64,000 nt of DNA. Source: Eledone cirrhosa (taxonomy: Eukaryota). The notes beneath the pieces were generated by a model. That model was not told the origin of the DNA and searched no databases. It saw nothing but the letters and a program-made list of their open reading frames with translations. Of this stretch, positions 52,701 to 64,000 are shown piece after piece; position 1 is the stretch's first letter, and each line of letters opens with the position of its first letter. A program made the position numbers and the translations under genes. Where the stretch lies: NCBI GenBank assembly GCA_964016885.1, contig OZ024742.1:163370001-163434000 (forward strand), given 5' to 3'.

Positions 52701-55600
52701 CTGATTTTTTTTAAAAATTATCTCTCCTTGGACGGCTGGAAATTATCTCCACTTGATTTTTTTTACAAATCATCTCCCCCTGATTTTTTTTTACAAATTA
52801 TCTCCCCCTGAATTTTTTTTACAAATTATCTTCCCCTGATTTTTTTTTACAATTATCTCCCCCTGATTTTTTTTACAAATTATCTCCCCATGATTTTTTT
52901 ACAAATTATCTCCCCTTGGCTGGCTGGAAATTATCTCCCCTTGGAGGCTGGAATTTATCTCCCCTTGGACGGCTAGAAATTACCTCTCCTTGGACGGCTG
53001 GAAAATATGTCTCCTTGGACGGCTGGATATTATCTACCCTTGGACGGCTGGAAATTATCTCCCCTTGGACGGCTGGAAATTATCTCCCCTTGGACGGCTA
53101 GATATTACCTCCCCTTGGACGGCTGGAAATTATCTCCCCTTGATTTTTTTTACAAATTATCTCCCCCTGATTTTTTTTACAAATTATCTCCCCCTGATTT
53201 TTTTACAAATTATCTCCCCATGATTTTTCTACAAATTATCTCCGCCTAATTTTTTTAAATATTATCTTCCCTTGGCTGGCGGGAAATTATCTCCCCTTGG
53301 ACGGCTGAAAATTATCTCCCCTTGGACGGCTGGAAATTATCTCCCCTTGATTTTTTTACAAATTATCTCCCCCTGATTATTTTTTACAAATTATCTCCCC
53401 CTGATTTTTTTTTACAAATTATCTCCCTCTGATTTTTTTTACAAATTATCTCCCCCTGATTTTTTTACAAATTATCTTCCCTTGGCTGGCGGGAAATTAT
53501 CTCCCCTTGGACGGCTGGAAATTATCTCCCCTTGGAAGGATGGAAATTATCTCCCCTTGGACGGCTGGAAATTATCTCCCCTTGCACGGCTGGAAATTAT
53601 CTCCCCTTGGACAGCTGGAAATTATCTGCCCTTGATTTTGTTTTTACAAATTATCTCCACCTGATTTTTTAAAAAATTATCTCCCCTTGGACGGCTGGAA
53701 ATTATCTCCCCTTGGACGGCTAGAAATTATCTCTCTTTGGACGGCTGGAAATTATCTCCCTTTGATTTTTTTTACAAATTTCCCCCTGATTTTTTAAAAA
53801 AAATTATCTCCCCTTCGCTGGCTGGAAATTATCTCCCCTTGGACACTGGAAATTATAGCCCCTTGGAGGGCTGGAAATTATCTTCCCTTGGACGGCTGGA
53901 AATTATCTCCCCTTGATTTTTTTTACAAATAATCTCCCCCTGATTTTTTTTTACAAATTATCTCCCCCTGATTTTTTTTTACAAATTATCTCCGCCTGAT
54001 TTTTTTTTAAAATTATCTCTCCTTGGACGGCTGGAAATTATCTCCACTTGATTTTTTTTACAAATCATCTCCCCCTGATTTTTTTTTACAAATTATCTCC
54101 CCCTGATTTTTTTTTACAAATTATCTTCCCCTGATTTTTTTTACAAATTATCTCCCCATGATTTTTTTACAAATTATCTCCCCTTGGCTGGCTGGAAATT
54201 ATCTCCCCTTGGAGGCTGGAATTTATCTCCCCTTGGACGGCTAGAAATTACCTCTCCTTGGACGGCTGGAAAATATGTCTCCTTGGACGGCTGGATATTA
54301 TCTACCCTTGGACGGCTGGAAATTATCTCCCCTTGGACGGCTGGAAATTATCTCCCCTTGGACGGCTAGATATTACCTCCCCTTGGACGGCTGGAAATTA
54401 TCTCCCCTTGATTTTTTTTACAAATTATCTCCCCCTGATTTTTTTTACAAATTATCTCCCCCTGATTTTTTTACAAATTATCTCCCCATGATTTTTCTAC
54501 AAATTATCTCCGCCTAATTTTTTTAAATATTATCTTCCCTTGGCTGGCGGGAAATTATCTCCCCTTGGACGGCTGAAAATTATCTCCCCTTGGACGGCTG
54601 GAAATTATCTCCCCTTGATTTTTTTACAAATTATCTCCCCCTGATTATTTTTTACAAATTATCTCCCCCTGATTTTTTTTTACAAATTATCTCCCTCTGA
54701 TTTTTTTTACAAATTATCTCCCCCTGATTTTTTTACAAATTATCGCCCCTTGGCTGGCTGGAAATTATCTCCCCTTGGAGGCTGGAATTTATCACCCCTT
54801 GGACGGTTAGAAATTACCTCTCCTTGGACGGCTGGAAAATATGTCTCCTTGGACGGCTGGAAATTATCTCCCCTTGGACGGCTGGAAATTATCTCCCCTT
54901 GGACGGCTGGAAATTATCTCTCCTCGGACGGCTAGAAATTACCTCTCCTTGGACGGCTGAAAATTATCTCCCCTTGGACGGCTGGAAATTATCTCCCCTT
55001 GATTTTTTTTACAAATTATCTCCCCCTGATTTTTTTTTACAAATTATCTCCCCCTGATTTTTTTTTACAAATTATCTCCCCCTGATTTTTTTTTACAAAT
55101 TATCTCCCCCTGATATTTTTTACAAATTATCTCCCCCTGATTTTTTTACAAATTATCTCCCCTTGGCTGGCTGGAAATTATCTCCCCTTGGAGGCTGGAA
55201 TTTATCTCCCCTTGGACGGCTAGAAATTACCTCGCCTTGGACGGCTGGAAAATATGTCTCCTTGGACGGCTGGAAATTATCTCCCCTTGGACGGCTGGAA
55301 ATTATCTCCCCTTGGACGGCTAGATATTACCTCCCCTTGGACGGCTGGAAATTATCTCCCCTTGATTTTTTTTTACAAATTATCTCCCCCTGATTTTTTT
55401 TTACAAATTATCTCCCCCTGATTTTTTTTTACGAATTATCTCCCCCTGATTTTTTTTACAAATTATCTCCGCCTGATTTTTTTAAAAAAATTATCTCCCC
55501 TTGGACGGCTGGAAATTATCTCCCCTTGATTTTTTTTACAAATTATCTCCCCCTGATTTTTTTTTACAAATTATCTCCCCCTGATTTTTTTTTACAAATT
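46800..55600. repeat. Nested HOR domain: 1295-bp units inside a 3.6-4.0 kb duplication
   Basis: 48215/49510 and 52187/53482 are 1295 apart. 48215/52187, 48944/52916 and 49510/53482 are 3972 apart. 50574/54184, 51140/54750 and 51553/55163 are 3610 apart. Confidence 0.9.
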
Positions 55601-58600
55601 ATCTACCCCTGATTTTTTTTTACAAATTATCTCCCCCTGATTTTTTTTACAAATTATCTCCCCCTGATTTCTTTTTTACAAATTATCTTCGCCTGATTTT
55701 TTTAAAAAAATTATCTCCCCTTGGACGGCTGGAAATTATCTCCCCTTGGACGGCTGGAAATTATCTCCCCTTGGACGGCTAGAAATTACCTCTACTTGGA
55801 CGGCTGAAAATTATCTCCCCTTGGACGGCTGCAAATTATCTCCCCTTGATTTTTTTTACAAATTATCTCCCCCTGATTTTTTTTTACAAATTATCTCCCC
55901 TTGATTTTTTTTCTACAAATTATCTCCCCCTGATTTTTTTTACAATCTCCGCCTGATTTTTTAAAAAATTATCTTCCCTTGGCTGGCGGGAAATTATCTC
56001 CCCTTGGACGGCTGGAAATTATCTCCCCTTGGAAGGATGGAAATTATCTCCCCTTGGACGGCTGGAAATTATCTCCCCTTGCACGGCTGGAAATTATCTC
56101 CCCTTGGACAGCTGGAAATTATCTGCCCTTGATTTTGTTTTTACAAATTATCTCCCCCTGATTTTTTTTACAAATTATCTCCAGCTGATTTTTTAAAAAA
56201 TTATCTCCCCTTGGACGGCTGGATATTATCTCCCCTTGGCTGGAAATTATCTCTCCTTGGACGGCTGGAAATTATCTCCCTTTGATTTTTTTTACAAATT
56301 ATCTCCCTCTGAATTTTTACAAATTTCCCCCTGATTTAAAAAAAAAAATTATCTCCCCTTCGCTGGCTGGAAATTATCTCCCCTTGGACACTGGAAATTA
56401 TAGCCCCTTGGAGGGCTGGAAATTATCTTCCCTTGGACGGCTGGAAATTATCTCCCCTTGATTTTTTTTACAAATTATCTCCCCCTGATTTTTTTTTACA
56501 AATTATCTACCCCTGATTTTTTTTTACAAATTATCTCCCCCTGATTTTTTTTACAAATTATCTCCCCCTGATTTTTTTTACAAATTATCTCCCCCTGATT
56601 TTTTTACAAATTATCTCCCCCTGATTTTTTTTACAAATTATCTCCGCCTAATTTTTTTAAATATTATCTTCCCTTGGCTGGCGGGAAATTATCTCCCCTT
56701 GGACGGCTGAAAATTATCTCCCCTTGGACGGCTGGAAATTATCTCCCCTTGATTTTTTTACAAATTATCTCCCCCTGATTATTTTTTACAAATTATCTCC
56801 CCCTGATTTTTTTTACAAATTATCTCCCCCTGATTTTTTTTACAAATTATCTCCCCCTGATTTTTTTTTTACAAATTATCTCCGCCTGATTTTTTTTACA
56901 AATTATCTCCCCCTGATTTTTTTACAAATTATCTCCCCCTGATTTTTTTTACAAATTATCTCCGCCTAATTTTTTTAAATATTATCTTCCCTTGGCTGGC
57001 GGGAAATTATCTCCCCTTGGACGGCTAGAAATTACCTCTCCTTGGACGACTGAAAATTATCTCCCCTTGGACAGCTGCAAATTATCTCCCCTTGATTTTT
57101 TTTACAAATTATCTCCGCCTGATTTTTTTTTAAAAATTATCTCCCCTTGGACGGCTGGAAATTATCTCCCCTTGGACGGCTGGAAATTGTCTCCCCTTGG
57201 ACGGCTAGAAATTACCTCTCCTTGGACGGCTGAAAATTATCTCCCCTTGGACGGCTGGAAATTATCTCCCCTTGATTTTTTTAAAAATTATCTCCCCCTG
57301 ATATTTTTTTACAAATTATCTCCCCCTGATTTTTTTTTACAAATTATCTCCCCCTGATTTTTTTTTACAAATTATCGCCCCCTGATTTTTTTTTACAAAT
57401 TATCTTCCCCTGATTTTTTTTTTACAAATTATCTCCCCCTGATTTTTTTACAAATTATCTCCCCCTGATTTTTTTTACAATCTCCGCCTGATTTTTTTAA
57501 AAATTATCTTCCCTTGGCTGGCGGGAAATTATCTCCCCTTGGACGGCTGGAAATTATCTCCCCTTGGACGGCTGGAAATTATCTCCCCCTGATTTTTTTA
57601 CAAATTATCTCCCCCTGATTTTTTTTACATTCTCCGCCTGAGTTTTTTAAAAATTATCTTCCCTTGGCTGGCGGGAAATTATCTCCCCTTGGACGGCTGG
57701 AAATTATCTCCCCTTGGAAGGATGGAAATTATCTCACCTTGGATGGCTGGAAATTATCTCCCCTTGCACGGCTGGAAATTATCTCCCCTTGGCTGGAAAT
57801 TATCTCCCCTTGGACGGCTGAAAATTATCTCCCCTTGGACGGCTGGAAATTATCTCCCCTTGATTTTTTTTACAAATTATCTCCCCCTGATTTTTTTTAC
57901 AAATTATCTCCCCCTGATTTTTTTACAAATTATCTCCCCCTGATTTTTTTACAAATTATCTCCCCTTGGCTGGCTGGAAATTATCTCCCATTGGAGGCTG
58001 GAATTTATCTCCCCTTGGACGGCTAGAAATTACCTCTCCTTGGACGGCTGGAAAATATGTCTCCTTGGACGGCTGGATATTATCTGCCCTTGGACGGCTG
58101 GAAATTATCTCCCCTTGGACGGCTGGAAATTATCTCCCCTTGGACGGCTAGATATTACCTCCCCTTGGACGGCTGGAAATTATCTCCCCTTGATTTTTTT
58201 TACAAATTATCTCCACCTGATTTTTTTACAAATTATCTCCCCCTGATTTTTTTTACAATCTCCGCCTGATTTTTTAAAAAATTATCTTCCCTTGGCTGGC
58301 GGGAAATTATCTCGCCTTGGACGGCTGGAAATTATCTCCCCTTGGAAGGATGGAAATTATCTCCCCTTGGACGGCAGGAAATTATCTCCCCTTGCACGGC
58401 TGAAAATTATCTCCCCTTGGACAGCTGGAAATTATCTGTCCTTGATTTTGTTTTTATAAATTATCTCCCCCTGATTTTTTTTACAAATTATCTCCACCTG
58501 ATTTTTTAAAAAATTATCTCCTCTTGGACGGCTGGAAATTAACTCCCCTTGGCTCGAAATTATCTCCCCTTGGACGGCTAGAAATTATCTCTCTTTGGAC

Positions 58601-61600
58601 GGCTGGAAATTATCTCCCTTTGATTTTTTTTACAAATTATCTCCCCCTGATTTTTTTTACAAATCTCCCCCTGATTTTTAAAAAAAAATTATCTCCCCTT
58701 CGCTGGCTGGAAATTATCTCCCCTTGGACACTGGAAACTATAGCCCCTTGGAGGGCTGGAAATTATCTTCCCTTGGACGGCTGGAAATTATCTCTCCTTG
58801 ATTTTTTTTACAAATTATCTCCCCCTGATTTTTTTTTACAAATTATCTCCCCCTGATTTTTTTTTACAAATTATCTCCCCCTGATTTTTTTTACAAATTA
58901 TCTCCGCATGATTTTTTTTAAAAAATTATCTCCCCTTGGACGGCTGGAAATTATCTCCCCTTGGACGGCTGGAAATTATCTCCCCTTGGACGACTAGAAA
59001 TTACCTCTCCTTGGACGACTGAAAATTATCTCCCCTTGGACGGCTGCAAATTATCTCCCCTTGATTTTTTTTACAAATTGTCTCCGCCTGATTTTTTTTT
59101 AAAATTATCTCCCCTTGGACGGCTGGAAATTATCTCCCCTTGGACGGCTGGAAATTATCTCCCCTTGGACGGCTAGAAATTACCTCTCCTTGGACGGCTG
59201 AAAATTATCTCCCCTTGATTTTTTTTACAAATTATCTCCCCCTGTTTTTTTTACAAATTATCTCCCCCTGATTTTTTTTACAAATTATCTCCGCCTGATT
59301 TTTTTTAAATTATATCTCCTTGGACGGCTGGAAATTATCTCCCCTTGATTTTTTTTACAAATTATCTCCCCCTGATTTTTTTTTACAAATTATCTCCCCC
59401 TGATTTTTTTTTACAAATTATCTAGCCCTGATTTTTTTTTACAAATTATCTCCCCCTGATTTTTTTACAAATTATCTCCCCCTGATTTTTTTTTTACAAA
59501 TTATCTCCCCTTGATTTTTTAACAAATTATCTCCCCCTGATTTTTTTTACAAATTATCTCCCCCTGATTTTTTTACAAATTATCTCCCCTTGGCTGGCTG
59601 GAAATTATCTCCCCTTGGACGGCTGAAAATTATCTCCCCTTGGACGGCTGGAAATTATCTCCTCTTGATTTTTTTACAAATTATCTCCCCCTGATTTTTT
59701 TTTACAAATTATCTCCCCCTGATTTTTTTTTACAAATTATCTCTCCCTGATTTTTTTTTACAAATTATCTCCCCCTGATTTTTTTTACAAATTATCCCCT
59801 CCTGATTTTTTTACAAATTATCTCCCCTTGGCTGGCTGGAAATTATCTCCCCTTGGAGGCTGGAATTTATCTCCCCTTGGACGGCTAGAAATTACCTCTC
59901 CTTGAACGGCTGGAAAATATGTCTACTTGGACGGCTGGATATTATCTCCCCTTGGACGGCTGGAAATTATCTCCCCTTGGACCGCTAGATATTACCTCCC
60001 CTTGGACGGCTGGAAATTATCTCCCCTTGATTTTTTTTACAAATTATCTCCCCCTGATTTTTTTTACAAATCTCCCAATGATTTTTTTAAAAAAATTATC
60101 TCCCCTTCGCTGGCTGGAAATTATCTCCCCTTGGACGCTGGAAATTATAGCCCCTTGGAGGGCTGGAAATTATCTTCCCTTGGACGGCTGGAAATTATCT
60201 CCCCTTGATTTTTTTTACAAATTATCTCCGCCTGATTTTTCTTTTAAAATTATCTCCCCTTGGACGGCTGGAAATTATCTCCCCTTGGACGGCTGGAAAT
60301 TATCTCCCCTTGGACGGCTAGAAATTACCTCTCCTTGGACGGCTGAAAATTATCTCCCCTTGGACGGCTGGAAATTATCTCCCCTTGATTTTTTTACAAA
60401 TTATCTCCCCCTGATTTTTTTTTACAAATTATCTCCGCCTGATTTTTTTTTAAAATTATCTCTCCTTGGACGGCTGGAAATTATCTCCCCTTGATTTCTT
60501 TTACAAATTATCTCCCCCTGATTTTTTTTACAAATTATCTCCCGCTGATTTTTTTTACAAATTATCTCCCCCTGATTTTTTTTTTACAAATTATCTCCCC
60601 CTGATTTTTTTACAAATTATCTCCCCTTGGCTGGCTGGAAATTATCTCCCCTTGGAGGCTGGAATTTATCTCCCCTTGGACGGCTAGAAATTACCTCTCC
60701 TTGGAAGGCTGGAAAATATGTCTCCTTGGACGGCTGGATATTATCTAGCCTTGGACGGCTGGAAATTGTCTCCCCTTGGACGGCTGGAAATTATCTCCCC
60801 TTCGACGGCTAGATATTACCTCCCCTTGGACGGCTGGAAATTATCTCCCCTTGATTTTTTTTACAAATTATCTCCCCCTGATTTTTTTTTACAAATTATC
60901 TCCCCCTGATTTTTTTTTACAAATTATCTCCCCCTGATTTTTTTTTTACAAATTATCTCCCCCCTGATTTTTTTACAATCTCCGCCTGATTTTTTTAAAA
61001 ATTATCTTCCCTTGGCTGGCGGGAAATTATCTCCCCTTGGACGGCTGGAAATTATATCCCCTTGAAAGGATGGAAATTATCTCCCCTTGGACGGCTGGAA
61101 ATTATCTCCCCTTGGACGGCTGGAAATTATCTCCCCTTGGACAGCTGGAAATTATCTGCCCTTGATTTTGTTTTTACAAATTATCTCCCCCTGATTTTTT
61201 TTACAAATTATCTCCACCTGATTTTTTAAAAAATTATCTCCCCTTGGACGGCAGTAAATTATCTCTCCTTGGCTGGAAATGATCTCCCCTTGGACGGCTA
61301 GAAATTATCTCTATTTGGACGGCTGGAAATTATCTCCCTTTGATTTTTTTTACAAATTATGTCCCCCTGATTTTTTAAAAAAATTATCTCTCCTTGGACG
61401 GCTGGAAATTATCTCCCCTTGATTTTTTTTACAAATTATCTCCCCCTGATTTTTTTTTACAAATTATCTCCCCCTGATTTTTTTTTACAAATTATCTACC
61501 CCTGATTTTTTTTTACAAATTATCTCCCCCTGATTTTTTTTACAAATTATCTCCCCCTGATTTTTTTACAAATTATCTCCCCCTGATTTTTTTACAAATT

Positions 61601-62121
61601 ATCTCCCCCTGATTTTTTTTACAAATTATCTCCGCCTAATTTTTTTAAATATTATCTTCCCTTGGCTGGCGGGAAATTATCTCCCCTTGGACGGCTGAAT
61701 ATTATCTCCCCTTGGACGGCTGGAAATTATCTCCCCTTGATTTTTTTTACAAATTATCTCCCCCTGATTATTTTTTACAAATTATCTCCCCCTGATTTTT
61801 TTTTACAAATTATCTCCCCCTGATTTTTTTTACAAATTATCTCCCCCTGATTTTTTTACAAATTATCTCCCCTTGGCTGGCTGGAAATTATCTCCCCTTG
61901 GAGGCTGGAATTTATCTCCCCTTGGACGGCTGGAAATTATCTCTCCTTGGACGGCTAGAAATTACCTCTCCTTGGACGGCTGGAAAATATGTCTCCTTGG
62001 ACGGCTGGAAATTATCTCCCCTTCGACGGCTGGAAATTATCTCCCCTTGGACGGCTGGAAATTATCTCTCCTTGGACGGCTAGAAATTACCTCTCCTTGG
62101 ACGGCTGAAAATTATCTCCCC

Positions 62122-64000
62122 TTGGCTGGCTGGAAATTATCTCCCCTTGGAGGCTGGAATTTATCTCCCCTTGGACGGCTAGAAATTACCTCGCCTTGGA
62201 CGGCTGGAAAATATGTCTCCTTGGACGGCTGGAAATTATCTCCCCTTGGACGGCTGGAAATTATCTCCCCTTGGACGGCTAGATATTACCTCCCCTTGGA
62301 CGGCTGGAAATTATCTCCCCTTGATTTTTTTTTACAAATTATCTCCCCCTGATTTTTTTTTACAAATTATCTCCCCCTGATTTTTTTTTACGAATTATCT
62401 CCCCCTGATTTTTTTTACAAATTATCTCCGCCTGATTTTTTTAAAAAAATTATCTCCCCTTGGACGGCTGGAAATTATCTCCCCTTGATTTTTTTTACAA
62501 ATTATCTCCCCCTGATTTTTTTTTACAAATTATCTCCCCCTGATTTTTTTTTACAAATTATCTACCCCTGATTTTTTTTTACAAATTATCTCCCCCTGAT
62601 TTTTTTTACAAATTATCTCCCCCTGATTTTTTTTTTACAAATTATCTTCGCCTGATTTTTTTAAAAAAATTATCTCCCCTTGGACGGCTGGAAATTATCT
62701 CCCCTTGGACGGCTGGAAATTATCTCCCCTTGGACGGCTAGAAATTACCTCTACTTGGACGGCTGAAAATTATCTCCCCTTGGACGGCTGCAAATTATCT
62801 CCCCTTGATTTTTTTTACAAATTATCTCCCCCTGATTTTTTTTTACAAATTATCTCCCCTTGATTTTTTTTCTACAAATTATCTCCCCCTGATTTTTTTT
62901 ACAATCTCCGCCTGATTTTTTAAAAAATTATCTTCCCTTGGCTGGCGGGAAATTATCTCCCCTTGGACGGCTGGAAATTATCTCCCCTTGGAAGGATGGA
63001 AATTATCTCCCCTTGGACGGCTGGAAATTATCTCCCCTTGCACGGCTGGAAATTATCTCCCCTTGGACAGCTGGAAATTATCTGCCCTTGATTTTGTTTT
63101 TACAAATTATCTCCCCCTGATTTTTTTTACAAATTATCTCCACCTGATTTTTTAAAAAATTATCTCCCCTTGGACGGCTGGAAATTATCTCCCCTTGGCT
63201 GGAAATTATCTCTCCTTGGACGGCTGGAAATTATCTCCCTTTGATTTTTTTTACAAATTATCTCCCTCTGAATTTTTACAAATTTCCCCCTGATTTAAAA
63301 AAAAAAATTATCTCCCCTTCGCTGGCTGGAAATTATCTCCCCTTGGACACTGGAAATTATAGCCCCTTGGAGGGCTGGAAATTATCTTCCCTTGGACGGC
63401 TGGAAATTATCTCCCCTTGATTTTTTTTACAAATTATCTCCCCCTGATTTTTTTTTACAAATTATCTACCCCTGATTTTTTTTTACAAATTATCTCCCCC
63501 TGATTTTTTTTACAAATTATCTCCCCCTGATTTTTTTTACAAATTATCTCCCCCTGATTTTTTTACAAATTATCTCCCCCTGATTTTTTTTACAAATTAT
63601 CTCCGCCTAATTTTTTTAAATATTATCTTCCCTTGGCTGGCGGGAAATTATCTCCCCTTGGACGGCTGAAAATTATCTCCCCTTGGACGGCTGGAAATTA
63701 TCTCCCCTTGATTTTTTTACAAATTATCTCCCCCTGATTATTTTTTACAAATTATCTCCCCCTGATTTTTTTTACAAATTATCTCCCCCTGATTTTTTTT
63801 TTACAAGTTATCTCCGCCTGATTTTTTTTACAAATTATCTCCCCCATATTTTTTTACAAATTATCTCCCCCTGATTTTTTTTACAAATTATCTCCGCCTA
63901 ATTTTTTTAAATATTATCTTCCCTTGGCTGGCGGGAAATTATCTCCCCTTGGACGGCTAGAAATTACCTCTCCTTGGACGACTGAAAATTATCTCCCCTT
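62122..64000. repeat. Copy of 55163-~57070 (offset 6959), truncated by the window end
   Basis: 55979/62938 and 56724/63683 are both 6959 apart. Shared rare variants include CTTCGCCTGA, CTCTACTTGG, CCCTCTGAATTTTTAC and GATTT(A)n. Confidence 0.9.

Larger units (their letters stand above)
1..64000. repeat. Composite two-monomer tandem satellite array (25-bp A and 26-29-bp B units sharing AAATTATCTCCCC); runs off both window ends
   Basis: Every line consists of TTGGACGGCTGGAAATTATCTCCCC or CTGA(T)nACAAATTATCTCCCC units or 1-4 nt variants. All units are head-to-tail in the same orientation. No non-repeat sequence or inversion was seen. Confidence 0.99.

Noticed and set aside
61-63874. The many + strand ORFs of 60-191 aa (LDGWKLSPLGRLEIISPWTAGNYLP and DFFYKLSPP / IFFTNYLPL repeats)
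   Set aside because: Monomer A has no stop in any + frame, and 25 bp is not a multiple of 3, so three monomers give the same 25-aa peptide in all frames. The ORFs overlap in several frames, mostly start at TTG, and break at poly-T length changes. The absence of - strand ORFs follows from TAA in AGATAATTT. There is no evidence of coding, though transcription cannot be excluded.
1-64000. CRISPR-like arrangement (constant repeat plus variable spacer)
   Set aside because: The constant part is only 13 bp, and the 12-16 bp intervening parts fall into just two classes rather than unique spacers. There is no leader and no cas genes.
1-64000. Telomerase-synthesised long telomeric repeat (as in 25-bp budding-yeast repeats)
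   Set aside because: The sequence does not match telomere repeats I know. Two monomer types with kb-scale HORs carrying inherited point variants indicate recombinational amplification rather than templated addition. A subtelomeric location or recombination-maintained telomere is not excluded.
1-64000. Programmed frameshift, phase-variation or antigenic-variation cassette system via poly-T slippage
   Set aside because: No expression locus, promoter, unique coding domain or recombinase is present in the window. The patterns are fully explained by satellite turnover.
1-64000. Assignment to a known satellite (alpha satellite/CENP-B box, HSAT, plant CEN178) or to plasmid iterons
   Set aside because: There is no 171/178-bp period, CENP-B box or (CATTC)n. 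Iteron arrays are a handful of copies beside a rep gene, not 64 kb.
1-64000. Pure sequencing or assembly artefact, or synthetic sequence
   Set aside because: Hierarchically shared diagnostic variants and whole-monomer indels look like natural satellite evolution. Individual HOR copy numbers could still be misassembled and need read validation.

Overview
The whole 64-kb window is one uninterrupted, single-orientation tandem array (satellite DNA). I see no genes, RNA genes, transposons or unique sequence. It is built from two short monomers that share a 13-bp core, AAATTATCTCCCC. Monomer A is TTGGACGGCTGGAAATTATCTCCCC (25 bp, 52% GC). Monomer B is CTGA(T)7-10ACAAATTATCTCCCC (26-29 bp, about 30% GC). 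There are roughly 2,400-2,500 monomers (64 kb / ~26 bp; an estimate, not a count). A and B alternate in runs, and the A runs come as about six stereotyped cassettes with fixed variant order and fixed junction monomers. These cassettes form nested higher-order repeats (HORs): about 5.0-6.2 kb periods in the left half, and about 1.3, 1.75, 3.6-4.0 and 7.0 kb offsets in the right half. All ORFs in the track are by-products: monomer A has no stop codon in any + frame, while the - strand has TAA in nearly every monomer. The organism and function (centromeric, heterochromatic or subtelomeric) cannot be determined from sequence alone. The interesting biology here is the two-monomer architecture, not a coding system. 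Block boundaries are approximate and read by eye; offsets come from matching ORF-track coordinates.
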